64,000 nucleotides of DNA, taken from Candidatus Oxydemutatoraceae bacterium (GTDB taxonomy: Bacteria; Pseudomonadota; Gammaproteobacteria; Poriferisulfidales; Oxydemutatoraceae). Of the stretch, positions 9,717 to 19,500 are shown piece after piece. Every line of letters starts with the position of its first letter. The stretch's first letter is position 1. The stretch spans positions 1,580,769 to 1,644,768 of the forward strand of contig OZ244779.1 of the NCBI GenBank assembly GCA_965219575.1. Direction: 5' to 3'. The notes below the pieces were generated by a model. That model worked only from the letters and a program-made list of their open reading frames with translations, was not told where the DNA came from and did no database searches. The translations under genes were made by a program, and so were the position numbers.

Positions 9717-11336
9717 CTATTCCCATTCGATAGTTGCCGGCGGTTTGCTGCTCAGGTCGTAACAGACGCGTGTAATGCCCGATACTTCGTTGACGATGCG
9801 CGACGCCACTTCGGATAAAAAAGATGCCGGCAAGCAGGCACTGTTTGCGGTCATAAAATCTTCGCTCGCTACCGCTCGAAGTACAATCACCCGACCGTAT
9901 TGTCTGCCGTCTCCCATCACGCCGACCGACTTGACCGGCAAAATAACCGCAAAAGCCTGCGCAACCTTATCGTATAAATCGTGATCCCACAATGCTTTAA
10001 CGAACAAGGCATCGGCTTGCCGTAGTATATGCAGCGATTCTTCGTCTATGGCACCCAATACTCGCACCGCAAGCCCGGGACCCGGAAACGGATGCCGCTG
10101 AACTATCGCTTTGTCCAAGCCGAGCACGCTGCCCAAAGCGCGTACCTCGTCCTTGAACAGATAAGCCAAAGGTTCCAAGATTTTTAGCTTCATTCGCTCG
10201 GGCAAACCGCCGACATTATGATGAGATTTGATTAGATGAGAACCCTCGGCACCGGCCGACTCTATGATATCGGGGTAGATCGTGCCTTGCGCAAGCCAAT
10301 CGACTTTGCCTATCGCTTGCGCACGATGTTCGAAGGTTTCTATGAACAATTTGCCGATAATTCGTCTTTTCTGTTCGGGGTCGGTTATCCCTTCGAGTGC
10401 GTTCAGAAAAGTATCTGCGGCATCGACGACATGCAAATCTATGCCGAAATGCTTTTCAAAGGTTTCCACGACCTGCCCACGCTCGCCTTGTCTGAGTAAG
10501 CCGTTGTCTACGAAGATGCAGTGCAACCTTTCACCGATTGCGCGCTGCAACAAAAGCGCGGCAACCGAAGAATCCACACCGCCGGATAATGCCAATAGTA
10601 GCTGTTCGTCGCCGACGATGTTGCGAATATGTGCGATGCTTTTATCGGCAATATCGGTAGCTTTCCAGCCCGATTTGCAACCGGCAATGTGATATACAAA
10701 GTTCTTCAGTATGGCTTTGCCGTCGGTGGTATGGGTAACTTCGGGGTGGAATTGCAGCCCGTACCATGCCCGCGCTTCGTCTGCCATTGCGGCAATCGGT
10801 GAATGTTCGCTCGATGCGATGACCGCAAAGCTATCCGGCAATCCGACCACTCTATCGCCGTGCGACATCCACACCGAACAGGTTGAATTGACTCGAGATT
10901 GCACCTCGCCGAACAGCGGAGAGGAACCCTCGATCGTAATCTCTGCGGAACCGAATTCTCTATCGTCGGAACGCTCTATCTCGCCGTTGCCGTGCACGGC
11001 GAGCCACTGCATACCGTAGCATATACCTAATACCGGTAAGCCCAAAGCATCCAGATCGAAACCGACATCGGGTGCCGAGTCCGAATGTACCGACTCGGGA
11101 CCGCCGGATAAGATGATTGCACGCGGTGCGAAATCGCTCAGTTCCGCGGTTGTGGTTCGTGCCGGAAACACCTCGCTGTAAACGCCTAGCTCTCTTATTT
11201 TACGGGCAATCAGCCGTGTGTATTGAGAACCGAAATCAACGATTGCAATTTTATCGCAACCGACATCATCGTATAGAAAATCGTGTAGTCTATAGCGGTT
11301 CTCGGGTTGTGTCGGCTTATCCATGCACTGTGTCAA
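9717..11336 (-). CDS. guaA: GMP synthase (glutamine-hydrolysing)
   Basis: DFGSQYT, GICYGMQ, QFHPEV, LSGGVDSSV, IKSHHNVGGLP, KPPATIEWE. Confidence 0.98.
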   Translation of the reverse strand: MTQCMDKPTQPENRYRLHDFLYDDVGCDKIAIVDFGSQYTRLIARKIRELGVYSEVFPARTTTAELSDFAPRAIILSGGPESVHSDSAPDVGFDLDALGLPVLGICYGMQWLAVHGNGEIERSDDREFGSAEITIEGSSPLFGEVQSRVNSTCSVWMSHGDRVVGLPDSFAVIASSEHSPIAAMADEARAWYGLQFHPEVTHTTDGKAILKNFVYHIAGCKSGWKATDIADKSIAHIRNIVGDEQLLLALSGGVDSSVAALLLQRAIGERLHCIFVDNGLLRQGERGQVVETFEKHFGIDLHVVDAADTFLNALEGITDPEQKRRIIGKLFIETFEHRAQAIGKVDWLAQGTIYPDIIESAGAEGSHLIKSHHNVGGLPERMKLKILEPLAYLFKDEVRALGSVLGLDKAIVQRHPFPGPGLAVRVLGAIDEESLHILRQADALFVKALWDHDLYDKVAQAFAVILPVKSVGVMGDGRQYGRVIVLRAVASEDFMTANSACLPASFLSEVASRIVNEVSGITRVCYDLSSKPPATIEWE

Positions 11337-11341
11337 ACGGC

Positions 11342-12802
11342 TTATTCAACATGGTAATTGGGTGCTTCTTTGGTGATACTGACATCGTGGACATGGCTTT
11401 CTCGCATCCCGGCTTCGGTAATTCTGATAAACTTCGCTTTGTCATGCGCCTCGGCTATCGTTGCACATCCTATATAACCCATACCCGAGCGCACCCCTCC
11501 GAGTAGCTGATAGACGACATCGGCCAAGCCACCGCGATAAGGCACCCGCCCTTCTATCCCTTCGGGTACCAATTTCTCGTCTTCCACATCGAATTGCGCA
11601 TAACGATCCTTGGCACCGCGCTGCATCGCAGCCAAGGATCCCATACCGCGATAGACCTTGTACGAGCGTCCTTGATAGAGTTCTATCTCGCCGGGTGCTT
11701 CTCGGGTACCCGCAAAAAGGCTACCGATCATCACCGTGTCGGCACCCGCCGCAATCGCTTTGCTTACATCGCCGGAAAATCGTATTCCACCGTCGGCAAT
11801 CAGCGGTACTTCGCCTTTGATCGCTCGGGCTACCTCGTAAATTGCGCTGAATTGCGGCATGCCGATTCCGGCGATGACACGCGTGGTGCATATAGATCCC
11901 GGACCGACACCGATCTTTATTGCGTCGACACCCGTATCGAGTAATGCACGCGCCGCCTCGGCGGTTGCAACATTCCCGACAATGAGCTGCTTGTCGGGGA
12001 AAGTGCTTTTAATTTTAGCAATCGTATCGAGTACACGTTGCGAATGACCGTGTGCCGTATCTATCACCATAACATCACACCCGGCATCCACCACTGCGGT
12101 TGCACGCGCCGGTGTCGAGTTATCGGTGCCTATCGAAGCACCGACTTGTAGTCGCCCTTCGGCATCCTTCGACGCATCGGGAAACTGTTCCGCTCTTTGC
12201 ATATCCTTAACGGTTATCAACCCGCACAATTCAAAATCGTCGTTGACGACCAATATCTTTTCGATCTTATGCTCGTGCAATCGCCGCCTGATTTCCTCGG
12301 CATCGGCATTTTCCTTGACGGTGACCAACCGTTCCTTAGGTGTCATTATTTCGGAGATGCGGTCGTCTCGGCGAGTTTCAAAGCGCAGATCACGATGGGT
12401 TACGATGCCTACCAGTTGTTTGCCCGTTACGACCGGCACGCCCGAAATCCCGTAATCTCGTGTTAGATCTATCACCGCTTTGATCGAAGTATCGGGGGAC
12501 ACCGTGATCGGGTCTCTGACCACACCGCTTTCAAACTTCTTGACCATGCGCACATTTTCGGCTTGCGACTCTATAGACATATTTTTGTGTATAAAGCCTA
12601 TACCACCCAGTTGGGCAAGTGAAATTGCGGTATCGTGTTCGGTGACGGTATCCATCGCTGCGGACACCAACGGAATGTTCAAAGAAAGTCCGCGGCTCAA
12701 TTTCGCCGCCAAGTCTACCTCGGTAGGCAAAATCTTCGAATAAGCGGGTACCAACAATACATCGTCGAAGGTCAGTGCTTGTTTTATTTGTTCCATTTTC
12801 AT
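11342..12802 (-). CDS. guaB: Inosine-5'-monophosphate dehydrogenase
   Basis: [22 protein letters not shown] pair, [24 protein letters not shown]. Confidence 0.99.
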   Translation of the reverse strand: MKMEQIKQALTFDDVLLVPAYSKILPTEVDLAAKLSRGLSLNIPLVSAAMDTVTEHDTAISLAQLGGIGFIHKNMSIESQAENVRMVKKFESGVVRDPITVSPDTSIKAVIDLTRDYGISGVPVVTGKQLVGIVTHRDLRFETRRDDRISEIMTPKERLVTVKENADAEEIRRRLHEHKIEKILVVNDDFELCGLITVKDMQRAEQFPDASKDAEGRLQVGASIGTDNSTPARATAVVDAGCDVMVIDTAHGHSQRVLDTIAKIKSTFPDKQLIVGNVATAEAARALLDTGVDAIKIGVGPGSICTTRVIAGIGMPQFSAIYEVARAIKGEVPLIADGGIRFSGDVSKAIAAGADTVMIGSLFAGTREAPGEIELYQGRSYKVYRGMGSLAAMQRGAKDRYAQFDVEDEKLVPEGIEGRVPYRGGLADVVYQLLGGVRSGMGYIGCATIAEAHDKAKFIRITEAGMRESHVHDVSITKEAPNYHVE

Positions 12803-12870
12803 ATAAAGCCGGGACTCGTATATACTAAACGGCTAGTGTAGCATAAGCACATATACATATAGTAGTCATC

Positions 12871-14217
12871 ATGCAGTTTTCAATAGAACAAAAACACATC
12901 TATACAGTCGGCAAACTGAATCAAAAAATCAGAGAAACCCTACTGCACAATTTTGCGTCGGTTTGGGTCGAAGGAGAAATATCCAATTTTGTGCGCGCTA
13001 CATCGGGACATTTTTATTTCAGTATCAAAGACGAAGACAGTCAAATCCGCTGTGCAATGTTTCGCGGCGATAACCGAGAGCTGAAGTTTGAACTCGAGAA
13101 CGGCTTGCTCGTACAGCTGCAGGCGCGCATAGAATTGTACGAGAAACGCGGCGATTTACAACTCATCGTAAAACATGTAGAAGCGGCGGGCGGCGGCAAA
13201 CTGCAATTAGAGTTTGAACGTCTCAAACTAAAACTTTATAAAGAAGGACTATTCGACGAAACCTTAAAACAAGAAATACCGGCGTATCCGCTTACCGTCG
13301 GAGTGATTACTTCGGAGACAGGTGCCGCCTTAAAAGATGTGATTTCGGTACTGCGCAAACGTTTCCCTATCGTACATCTGATCGTCTATCCGACACTCGT
13401 GCAAGGCGACCGAGCACCCGAAGAGATTTGCCGAGCATTGGAGATTGCCGAACGCAGACACGAGGTTGAAGTCCTATTGCTGGTACGCGGTGGCGGTTCG
13501 ATAGAAGACTTATGGGCATTCAACGACGAAGCGGTTGCGCGTACTATCGCTGCGTCCAAGCTACCCGTCGTCGCCGGTATCGGACACGAAATAGATTTTA
13601 CGATAGCGGATTTCGTATGCGACCGCCGTGCGCCGACACCGTCGGCAGCAGCCGAATACATCAGCCCCGATAAAAGAGAACTCGTGCAGGAATTGAATGT
13701 TATAAACAAAAATCTGTGTACGGAAATGACACGCACGCTCAAACAGAAACTGGAATTCATTAAACTGATGGAAGCCGAACTTGCCAAGTCTCACCCCAAA
13801 CATCAACTACAAAACTACGCCCAGCAACTCGACGAACTCGGCCGCCGTCTGATGCCGACGATAAAAAATTATTTATGTCTACACGACCGGCAACTGGAAC
13901 ATCAACGTAGCTTGCTATTGAGCAACACCCCGATCAAATATATGGAAATGTATGCGGATAAACTCGCCTCTCATACCAAAGCATTGCAAGACAATCTACG
14001 CGCTAGACTACGGCAAGCCGAACAAAGTATCGCACATTCGGCAAGCAAGCTCGAAACCTTGGGACCGACTACCACATTAAAAAGAGGCTATGCAATCGTC
14101 ACCGACGACTCCGACCGCTTGGTGCGCTCGGTCAAACAAGTGCATATAAAGCAAAAGATTAATATTCAAGTCGGCGAAGGCAAAATGGTAGCCGAAGTCG
14201 ATAAAAAGACCGACTAA
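12871..14217 (+). CDS. xseA: Exodeoxyribonuclease VII large subunit
   Basis: VWVEGEISNF, SGHFYFSIKD, RGGGSIEDLWAFNDE, GHEIDFTIADFV, APTPSAAAE; divergent from guaB. Confidence 0.97.
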   Translation: MQFSIEQKHIYTVGKLNQKIRETLLHNFASVWVEGEISNFVRATSGHFYFSIKDEDSQIRCAMFRGDNRELKFELENGLLVQLQARIELYEKRGDLQLIVKHVEAAGGGKLQLEFERLKLKLYKEGLFDETLKQEIPAYPLTVGVITSETGAALKDVISVLRKRFPIVHLIVYPTLVQGDRAPEEICRALEIAERRHEVEVLLLVRGGGSIEDLWAFNDEAVARTIAASKLPVVAGIGHEIDFTIADFVCDRRAPTPSAAAEYISPDKRELVQELNVINKNLCTEMTRTLKQKLEFIKLMEAELAKSHPKHQLQNYAQQLDELGRRLMPTIKNYLCLHDRQLEHQRSLLLSNTPIKYMEMYADKLASHTKALQDNLRARLRQAEQSIAHSASKLETLGPTTTLKRGYAIVTDDSDRLVRSVKQVHIKQKINIQVGEGKMVAEVDKKTD

Positions 14218-14252
14218 TACGGCGGCAACTTGGCCGGTTCGGTGCCGGTAAA

Positions 14253-14660
14253 TTAGCCCGATAAACCCAACTGTGCAAAGAGGTCTTCGGTATCCCAAAC
14301 ACCGACAACGGTGGTCAGTAAACCACCTTCGGTCTTTATAAAATCACAACCTTGAATTACCACATTTTTTCCGGTAGGTGGATTACCCATTATGGAACCG
14401 TCGTTAGTACCGAATATCAGCCACGGGGCTGCAATCACGCCGTTACTCGCCTCGACGCTGCTAATTAATTCTACCGACATATCGGGAAAAGAATCGAACA
14501 AAGACTGCGCATATTCGCCGATCGCCTGACCGGTTATCTGTTTTTCGGTTGCCGGATCGCAATAAGTACCGCCTTCGGCAAAGGTTGCCAAAATAGCATC
14601 TACGTCGCGACGATCCCACGCGTCAAAATATTTTTTAACTATATCGTTTTCGGTTGTCAT
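14253..14660 (-). CDS. SnoaL-like / NTF2-fold (ester cyclase-like) protein
   Basis: YFDAWDRRDVDAILATF, SFPDM, GTNDG...PPTGKNVVIQGCDF, final WD...LFAQLG; GGAG RBS. Confidence 0.85.
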   Translation of the reverse strand: MTTENDIVKKYFDAWDRRDVDAILATFAEGGTYCDPATEKQITGQAIGEYAQSLFDSFPDMSVELISSVEASNGVIAAPWLIFGTNDGSIMGNPPTGKNVVIQGCDFIKTEGGLLTTVVGVWDTEDLFAQLGLSG

Positions 14661-14718
14661 CGGCTTTCTCCATATTGTTCGCTATTGCTCGGTCGCTACA
14701 AACGACTTTGTCTCGGCG

Positions 14719-14727
14719 ATTATATCA
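14719..14727 (-). promoter_or_regulatory. Extended -10 sigma70 promoter candidate for the SnoaL-like gene
   Basis: Minus strand reads TG-A-TATAAT about 60 bp upstream of the start. Confidence 0.5.
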
Positions 14728-14855
14728 TGTTAAATGAGGAATAGCCGAACCCGTACGATTACTGCACTTACGGGTGATTGTCATAAATTTAATATGCACA
14801 AAGATTGGGTTGGTGCGGGTTGTATAAATACGATAACGGTGCTGTAACTCAAAAA

Positions 14856-14884
14856 TTGATTTTCGTTTAATATGGCAGTATACT
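14856..14884 (+). promoter_or_regulatory. Sigma70 promoter candidate for the AAA ATPase gene
   Basis: TTGATT - 17 bp - TATACT immediately upstream of the ORF. Confidence 0.55.
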
Positions 14885-14890
14885 ACCTAA

Positions 14891-16132
14891 TTGAACGAAA
14901 TAGACATGATCAAAGAACGTACTCTGAAAAAGACGATAACCCTTATTTCAAAAGGGTTTCCTGTCTTATTGCTAACCGGTCCCAGGCAAGTCGGTAAAAC
15001 TACTTTGCTTAAATCTTTGTGCAATCGTCAAAGAGCTTATGTTACATTGGACGACGGAGATCAAAGGTATCTAGCTCGGAAAGAACCCGAACTTTTTCTC
15101 CAAAAACACTCACCTCCTCTGCTCATAGACGAAGTCCAATACGCACCCGAACTTTTTAGTTATATTAAAATCTATGTAGACGAACATAAAAAACCGGGTA
15201 TGTTTTGGTTAACCGGTTCTCAGAAATTTCAGCTGATGAATAATATCAGCGAAAGCCTTGCCGGACGCGTTGCCATTATTAGTATGCTGGGCTTTTCTCA
15301 AGGAGAAAAAGAAAACAGAGCTTTGCAAATCAAGCCTTTTATGCCCACGGTTCGATGGATTAAACATGCGAGAAAAAATATCAAAAGAACCAAAAACCTC
15401 ATGACCGTTTATAAAGAAATTTGGCAGGGTTCGTATCCCGGATATATCACCGGCAAAAATATTTCTCATGACATCTTCTATAGTTCGTATTTACAGACTT
15501 ACATACAAAGAGATGTTAAAGATATACTCAATATCAAAAACAATAATACTTTTCTAAGATTTCTTAGAGCCATCGCGGCAAGAACCGGTCAATTACTCAA
15601 CTATGCCGATATTTCCCGGGATACCGATATCGATTACAAAACAGCTAAATCATGGCTGTCGGTGCTCGAGGCTTCGGGATTGATTTATCTGCTCCAGCCT
15701 TATCACAACAATGCGAGCAAACGCCTACTTAAAACTCCTAAAATCTATTTTCTGGATACCGGTTTGTGTAGCTATATTACGCAATGGTCGTCGCATCGGT
15801 CTCTGGAAGCGGGTGCCATGTCCGGTGCTATGCTGGAAAGCTATGTCGTAGCGGAAATACTAAAAAGTTACTGGCATAACGGGAAAACCCCTTATATGTA
15901 CTATTACCGAGATACCGACCAAAAGGAAATAGATCTGGTGATAGAAACAGGCGACACGCTTTATCCGATAGAAATTAAAAAAACGGCGACATTTACTAAA
16001 TTCTCCGCAAAGAGATTTTCGGTTCTTTCCAAACTGGGGAAAAAAGTAGGACACGGTGCCGTCTTATGCTTGAAGAGCAAAGATATGCCGCTCGGTCACG
16101 AAATAGATGCCATTCCGATATGCTACCTTTGA
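14891..16132 (+). CDS. AAA_14 family ATPase with C-terminal DUF4143 domain
   Basis: Walker A GPRQVGKTT, Walker B LLIDEVQ, LTGSQ, ESLAGR, YLQTYIQRDV, KTPKIYFLDTGL, YYYRD..QKEIDLV...PIEIK. The start may be the ATG at 14906. Confidence 0.9.
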   Translation: MNEIDMIKERTLKKTITLISKGFPVLLLTGPRQVGKTTLLKSLCNRQRAYVTLDDGDQRYLARKEPELFLQKHSPPLLIDEVQYAPELFSYIKIYVDEHKKPGMFWLTGSQKFQLMNNISESLAGRVAIISMLGFSQGEKENRALQIKPFMPTVRWIKHARKNIKRTKNLMTVYKEIWQGSYPGYITGKNISHDIFYSSYLQTYIQRDVKDILNIKNNNTFLRFLRAIAARTGQLLNYADISRDTDIDYKTAKSWLSVLEASGLIYLLQPYHNNASKRLLKTPKIYFLDTGLCSYITQWSSHRSLEAGAMSGAMLESYVVAEILKSYWHNGKTPYMYYYRDTDQKEIDLVIETGDTLYPIEIKKTATFTKFSAKRFSVLSKLGKKVGHGAVLCLKSKDMPLGHEIDAIPICYL

Positions 16133-16233
16133 GTAGACGGCAAATTAATGAGTGAATAACGCGGGGCTATCGGCGGATATTGCATTTTGTAATGTATGCG
16201 CTACTTACTTGTTGAGGATCTGCACAACGTCAC

Positions 16234-16518
16234 GCTGTTGAAAAATTACTGTTTTTGCACAACTGCAACCGCTTGCGCCGTGAATATTTACAAACCACCT
16301 GTAGGGGCGGACTGGCATGTCCGCCCTAAAGTGTCGTTCTGCACAGCCGTAATCGCTTGCGCCGTATGGTTTTGGTTTCATGAATTGGATGGCGTACGAT
16401 TTTATTTATGCTAACACGACGCGTGTTCGGGCGGACATCATAATGGCCGATTGACCTACCGGCTCAATCGGCGGCTTTATACTGCCCCTACCACTCTATG
16501 AAATACTTTTTCAACAGC
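16234..16518. mobile_element. MITE-like non-autonomous element with 15-bp terminal inverted repeats
   Basis: GCTGTTGAAAAATTA (16234-16248) and TACTTTTTCAACAGC (16504-16518), flanked by imperfect 11-bp direct repeats CACAACGTCAC (16223-16233) and CCCAATGTCAC (16519-16529). Single ends also occur at 6385-6399 and 56731-56741. Confidence 0.6.
16301..16491. repeat. GTAG-type REP palindromes (REP doublet) containing a hairpin-element copy
   Basis: GTAGGGGCGGAC-TGGCAT-GTCCGCCC at 16301-16326; an inverted ...CTGCCCCTAC end at 16491; hairpin GCCGATTGACCTACCGGCTCAATCGGC at 16446-16472. Confidence 0.7.
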
Positions 16519-16530
16519 CCCAATGTCACG

Positions 16531-16555
16531 CCGATTGACCTACCGGCTCAATCGG
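16531..16555. repeat. Hairpin CCGATTGA-CCTACCGGC-TCAATCGG just past the stop of giant gene 1 (possible terminator or mRNA-stabilising hairpin)
   Basis: Perfect 8-bp stem 5 bp from the TAG; no U-tract. Other copies at 16446, 56818, 56978 (degenerate) and 6265. Confidence 0.7.
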
Positions 16556-16560
16556 TGGTT

Positions 16561-19500
16561 CTACTGGAGCGGACCTTCCAAAAAGACTTTGGCGCGGATG
16601 CGTATCACACCCCTTTCTATTATATTCGTTGCCGAGGCTCGCAACAGAGTCACAATATAGGTTCGGCTATCCCCGGACTGTGGTGTTACGACTATAGTAA
16701 TGTCTTTTTTCGTTCCGGGATTAACCGAAACCGTTAGGCTTGCCGATCGGCTGGCGCGACCTGAGTTTCTCGATCGGTCTCCGATCACCAGCGTAGTATT
16801 TTCAGCGAAAGCCATTGCGGTTATCGTCATATTTGACATATTATTAGGCAATTCCACACTGTAGTTGTTTTGTTGACTTGCCGAGTTCATGTTAAACATA
16901 AATTTCGGTTTCAATACGCCTTGAGATACGCGTAGCATACTCAACCTCGTGTCTCGGCTTTGCTCGCGGTCGATAGCCACCGTATAGGTTTTACTCGTTT
17001 GCCGGTCTTCGGCAAGCACTTTAATTGAAACTCTCTTAGTCTCGCCTTCGGCGTCAACGAAGGAAATAGCATCGCTTATATCGGCATCGGCACCGTCTAC
17101 CGCAACGGTAATCGTCGCACTGGAATGTTCCGTTTCCGTTTCCAGACCGACACTCGTTATCTTATCGCCGACTATCGGATTAGGAATCGTATAAACATAG
17201 TCGGCACTCGTCGCTAGATTGCCGAAGTCGGCAAGTTTATTTCCTCCCGACACGATACGCAAGGCACTCAAGTTGGCATTATCGCTCGCCTTGCGGGTCG
17301 CACGCACCACATAGTTACTCGTTGTCGCACCCGGTGCTACGAGTGCTATGGTAATGTCCTTGGTCTGATCCACATCGAAGCGAATTATGGCACTTCCGTT
17401 AGCGGCTTGTATCACCTCGGTTTCCGCATCGAATATCGTATATTCTACGATACCGTTATCCCCAGAGAACAGTGTCGGACTCACGACCAGATTCGCACTA
17501 TCATTTGCAATCGTCACCGTATAGTTGCGGGTAAAGGCATCAAAACGATAAGGATCATCGTCGCTAAGTCCGTCCAAACCTAGCGTCTGCAAAACCAGCG
17601 GACGAATGACGGTCACGGTATAGCTCTGCTCGGTATAACCGTCTTCGGTGCTATCGCCGCGTCTTACGACGAGGGTGATGCGGTTGGCACCTCGCTGCAA
17701 CGGAATAGCTCGAGAAATAGAAGCAAGATCTGCGCTTAAATCTACGGGATTATCATTCAAGATATATTCGGTGCCACCCAAAAGGATGCTCCGGATACTT
17801 ACACCGGCGGCGGTCGCCGCTGCCGACGCTATGATTTCGGTAGCCGTGCCGATCAGTTCGCCGCGATATTCGGTTTCGGTGTTGCCTTCCGGATTAAGTG
17901 CCACATCACTCATTCGAAGCATAAACCCTAAGGCACTTCGGGTCACCGATGCGGCTCGGGATATCACCACGGTATAAGTTGCGGTTGTTCGATCCTGTGC
18001 GGTTGCCGAGATAGTAATGTCTTCATGTTGTCCGGGATTTATTGCAATCGGCAAGGTCACCGAGTTACCCGAGCGAGAATTGCCTACTTCGCTAATTGTC
18101 AGTATTGTGTTTGCATTGGCGGCAGCTGCACCGAGGTTCACATTTGCGGCGTCGTTAGGCAACTCTACGCTATATTTTCTAATCTCTTGAGTTGCCGCCG
18201 AAGAATCGAAGCCGAATTGCGGTATTAACTCACTCGACGATACCGCCAACCTACTCAGCCGAGTATCTCGGCTCGCTGCCCGCACGATAGTCACCGTATA
18301 GGTTTTCCGGACGCTACGCCGTTGTGCGGTCACTACAATTCGGGCGCGCTTAGTCTCACCTTCGTCTAGGCGAATGTTCTCATTTATAGTATTGACACCC
18401 ATAACTCTCGGAGGGGTGTCGTCGTCTACCGTAAGACTTATCGTCGCATCGGGATGTTCGGCTTGCGCTTGCAGACTAACACTCGTTATCTTATCACCGA
18501 CGATCGGGTTGGGAATCGTATAGACATAGTTGGTACTTGTCGCTAGGCTGTCGAAGTCGGCAAGTGTATTTTCCCCCGATATAATACGCAAGGCACCCAA
18601 GTCGACATCGATATTTCCAAGGGTTATCAGCACGATATAGTCTTGGGTCGTCCGTCGATCTTGTGCGGTCACGACAATGGTAATCGTCGTCGTCCGACCC
18701 TCGGTCACTGCGATCAACGAACTCTGTCCGTTCTCGGCTACGACTTCGCCGCGATCGCTTCCCGGTGCAAAAACTTCTATCTTATCTACATAGGGTTGTG
18801 CAGTCGGTTTTACTCTAACACCGGTCACGATATCGGTGAAAGATGCCGGATATTCACCGCCATCGCTTAAGCTATCAAAAATCACCAACGGCTCAACCGC
18901 AACCGACGATTGCGGCAATAGTTCCAATGCCGACAAACGGGCGTCGGTGCTGGGTGATCGGTTCACCGTCAACGTGTAATCCGCGCTGTCGTCTTCGCGA
19001 CCCGATTGTGCGGTTATCTTAATTCGCAACTCCGTGCCGTCGCCGGGGTCGTCTAAGGTGATACTCGCTCGTGCCGCACCCTCTCCTTCGACCCGCCTAT
19101 TGCGCACATCGGTAATCACCACCGTTGCGAATTTATTGCCGGCGGTCACGGTTACGCTGCTACTCGTCGTTGCTTCGTCTAGGGTTGCGGTATAGGTTCC
19201 GTCGCCGTTATCTACTACCGATGTGCCGGCTACGGTAATATCCGCCAAGCTCGCATCGCGACTCGGATCACGACTTATCGTCAAGGTATAGCCTTGAGTC
19301 GTCTCACCGTCTTGCGCAGTCACTACGATGCGCAGGGTTCTGGAAGCACCGGTATCGGCAATGGTCACTTGTCTGCCGATCTCGTTGCGAATGGAATTCG
19401 TCTCTCCGTCCAAAGTGATTGCCACCGTCGCTTGCGAATGGGTCGTTGTCACGGTCACGGTCGTATTCGATGTGTTTTCGTCTAGGCTCATAGTATAAGT

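Noticed and set aside
16446-16555. Two 25-bp palindromic direct repeats (also 56818 and 56978) resembling a mini CRISPR array
   Set aside because: Only two copies per site, spacing of 84 and ~160 bp, the intervening sequence is itself repetitive, and no cas genes are present.
16196-16737. Short ORFs 16196-16414, 16498-16737 and 57000-57185
   Set aside because: They run through repeat elements or antisense to the giant-gene tails; similarity between them only reflects the paralogous DNA.
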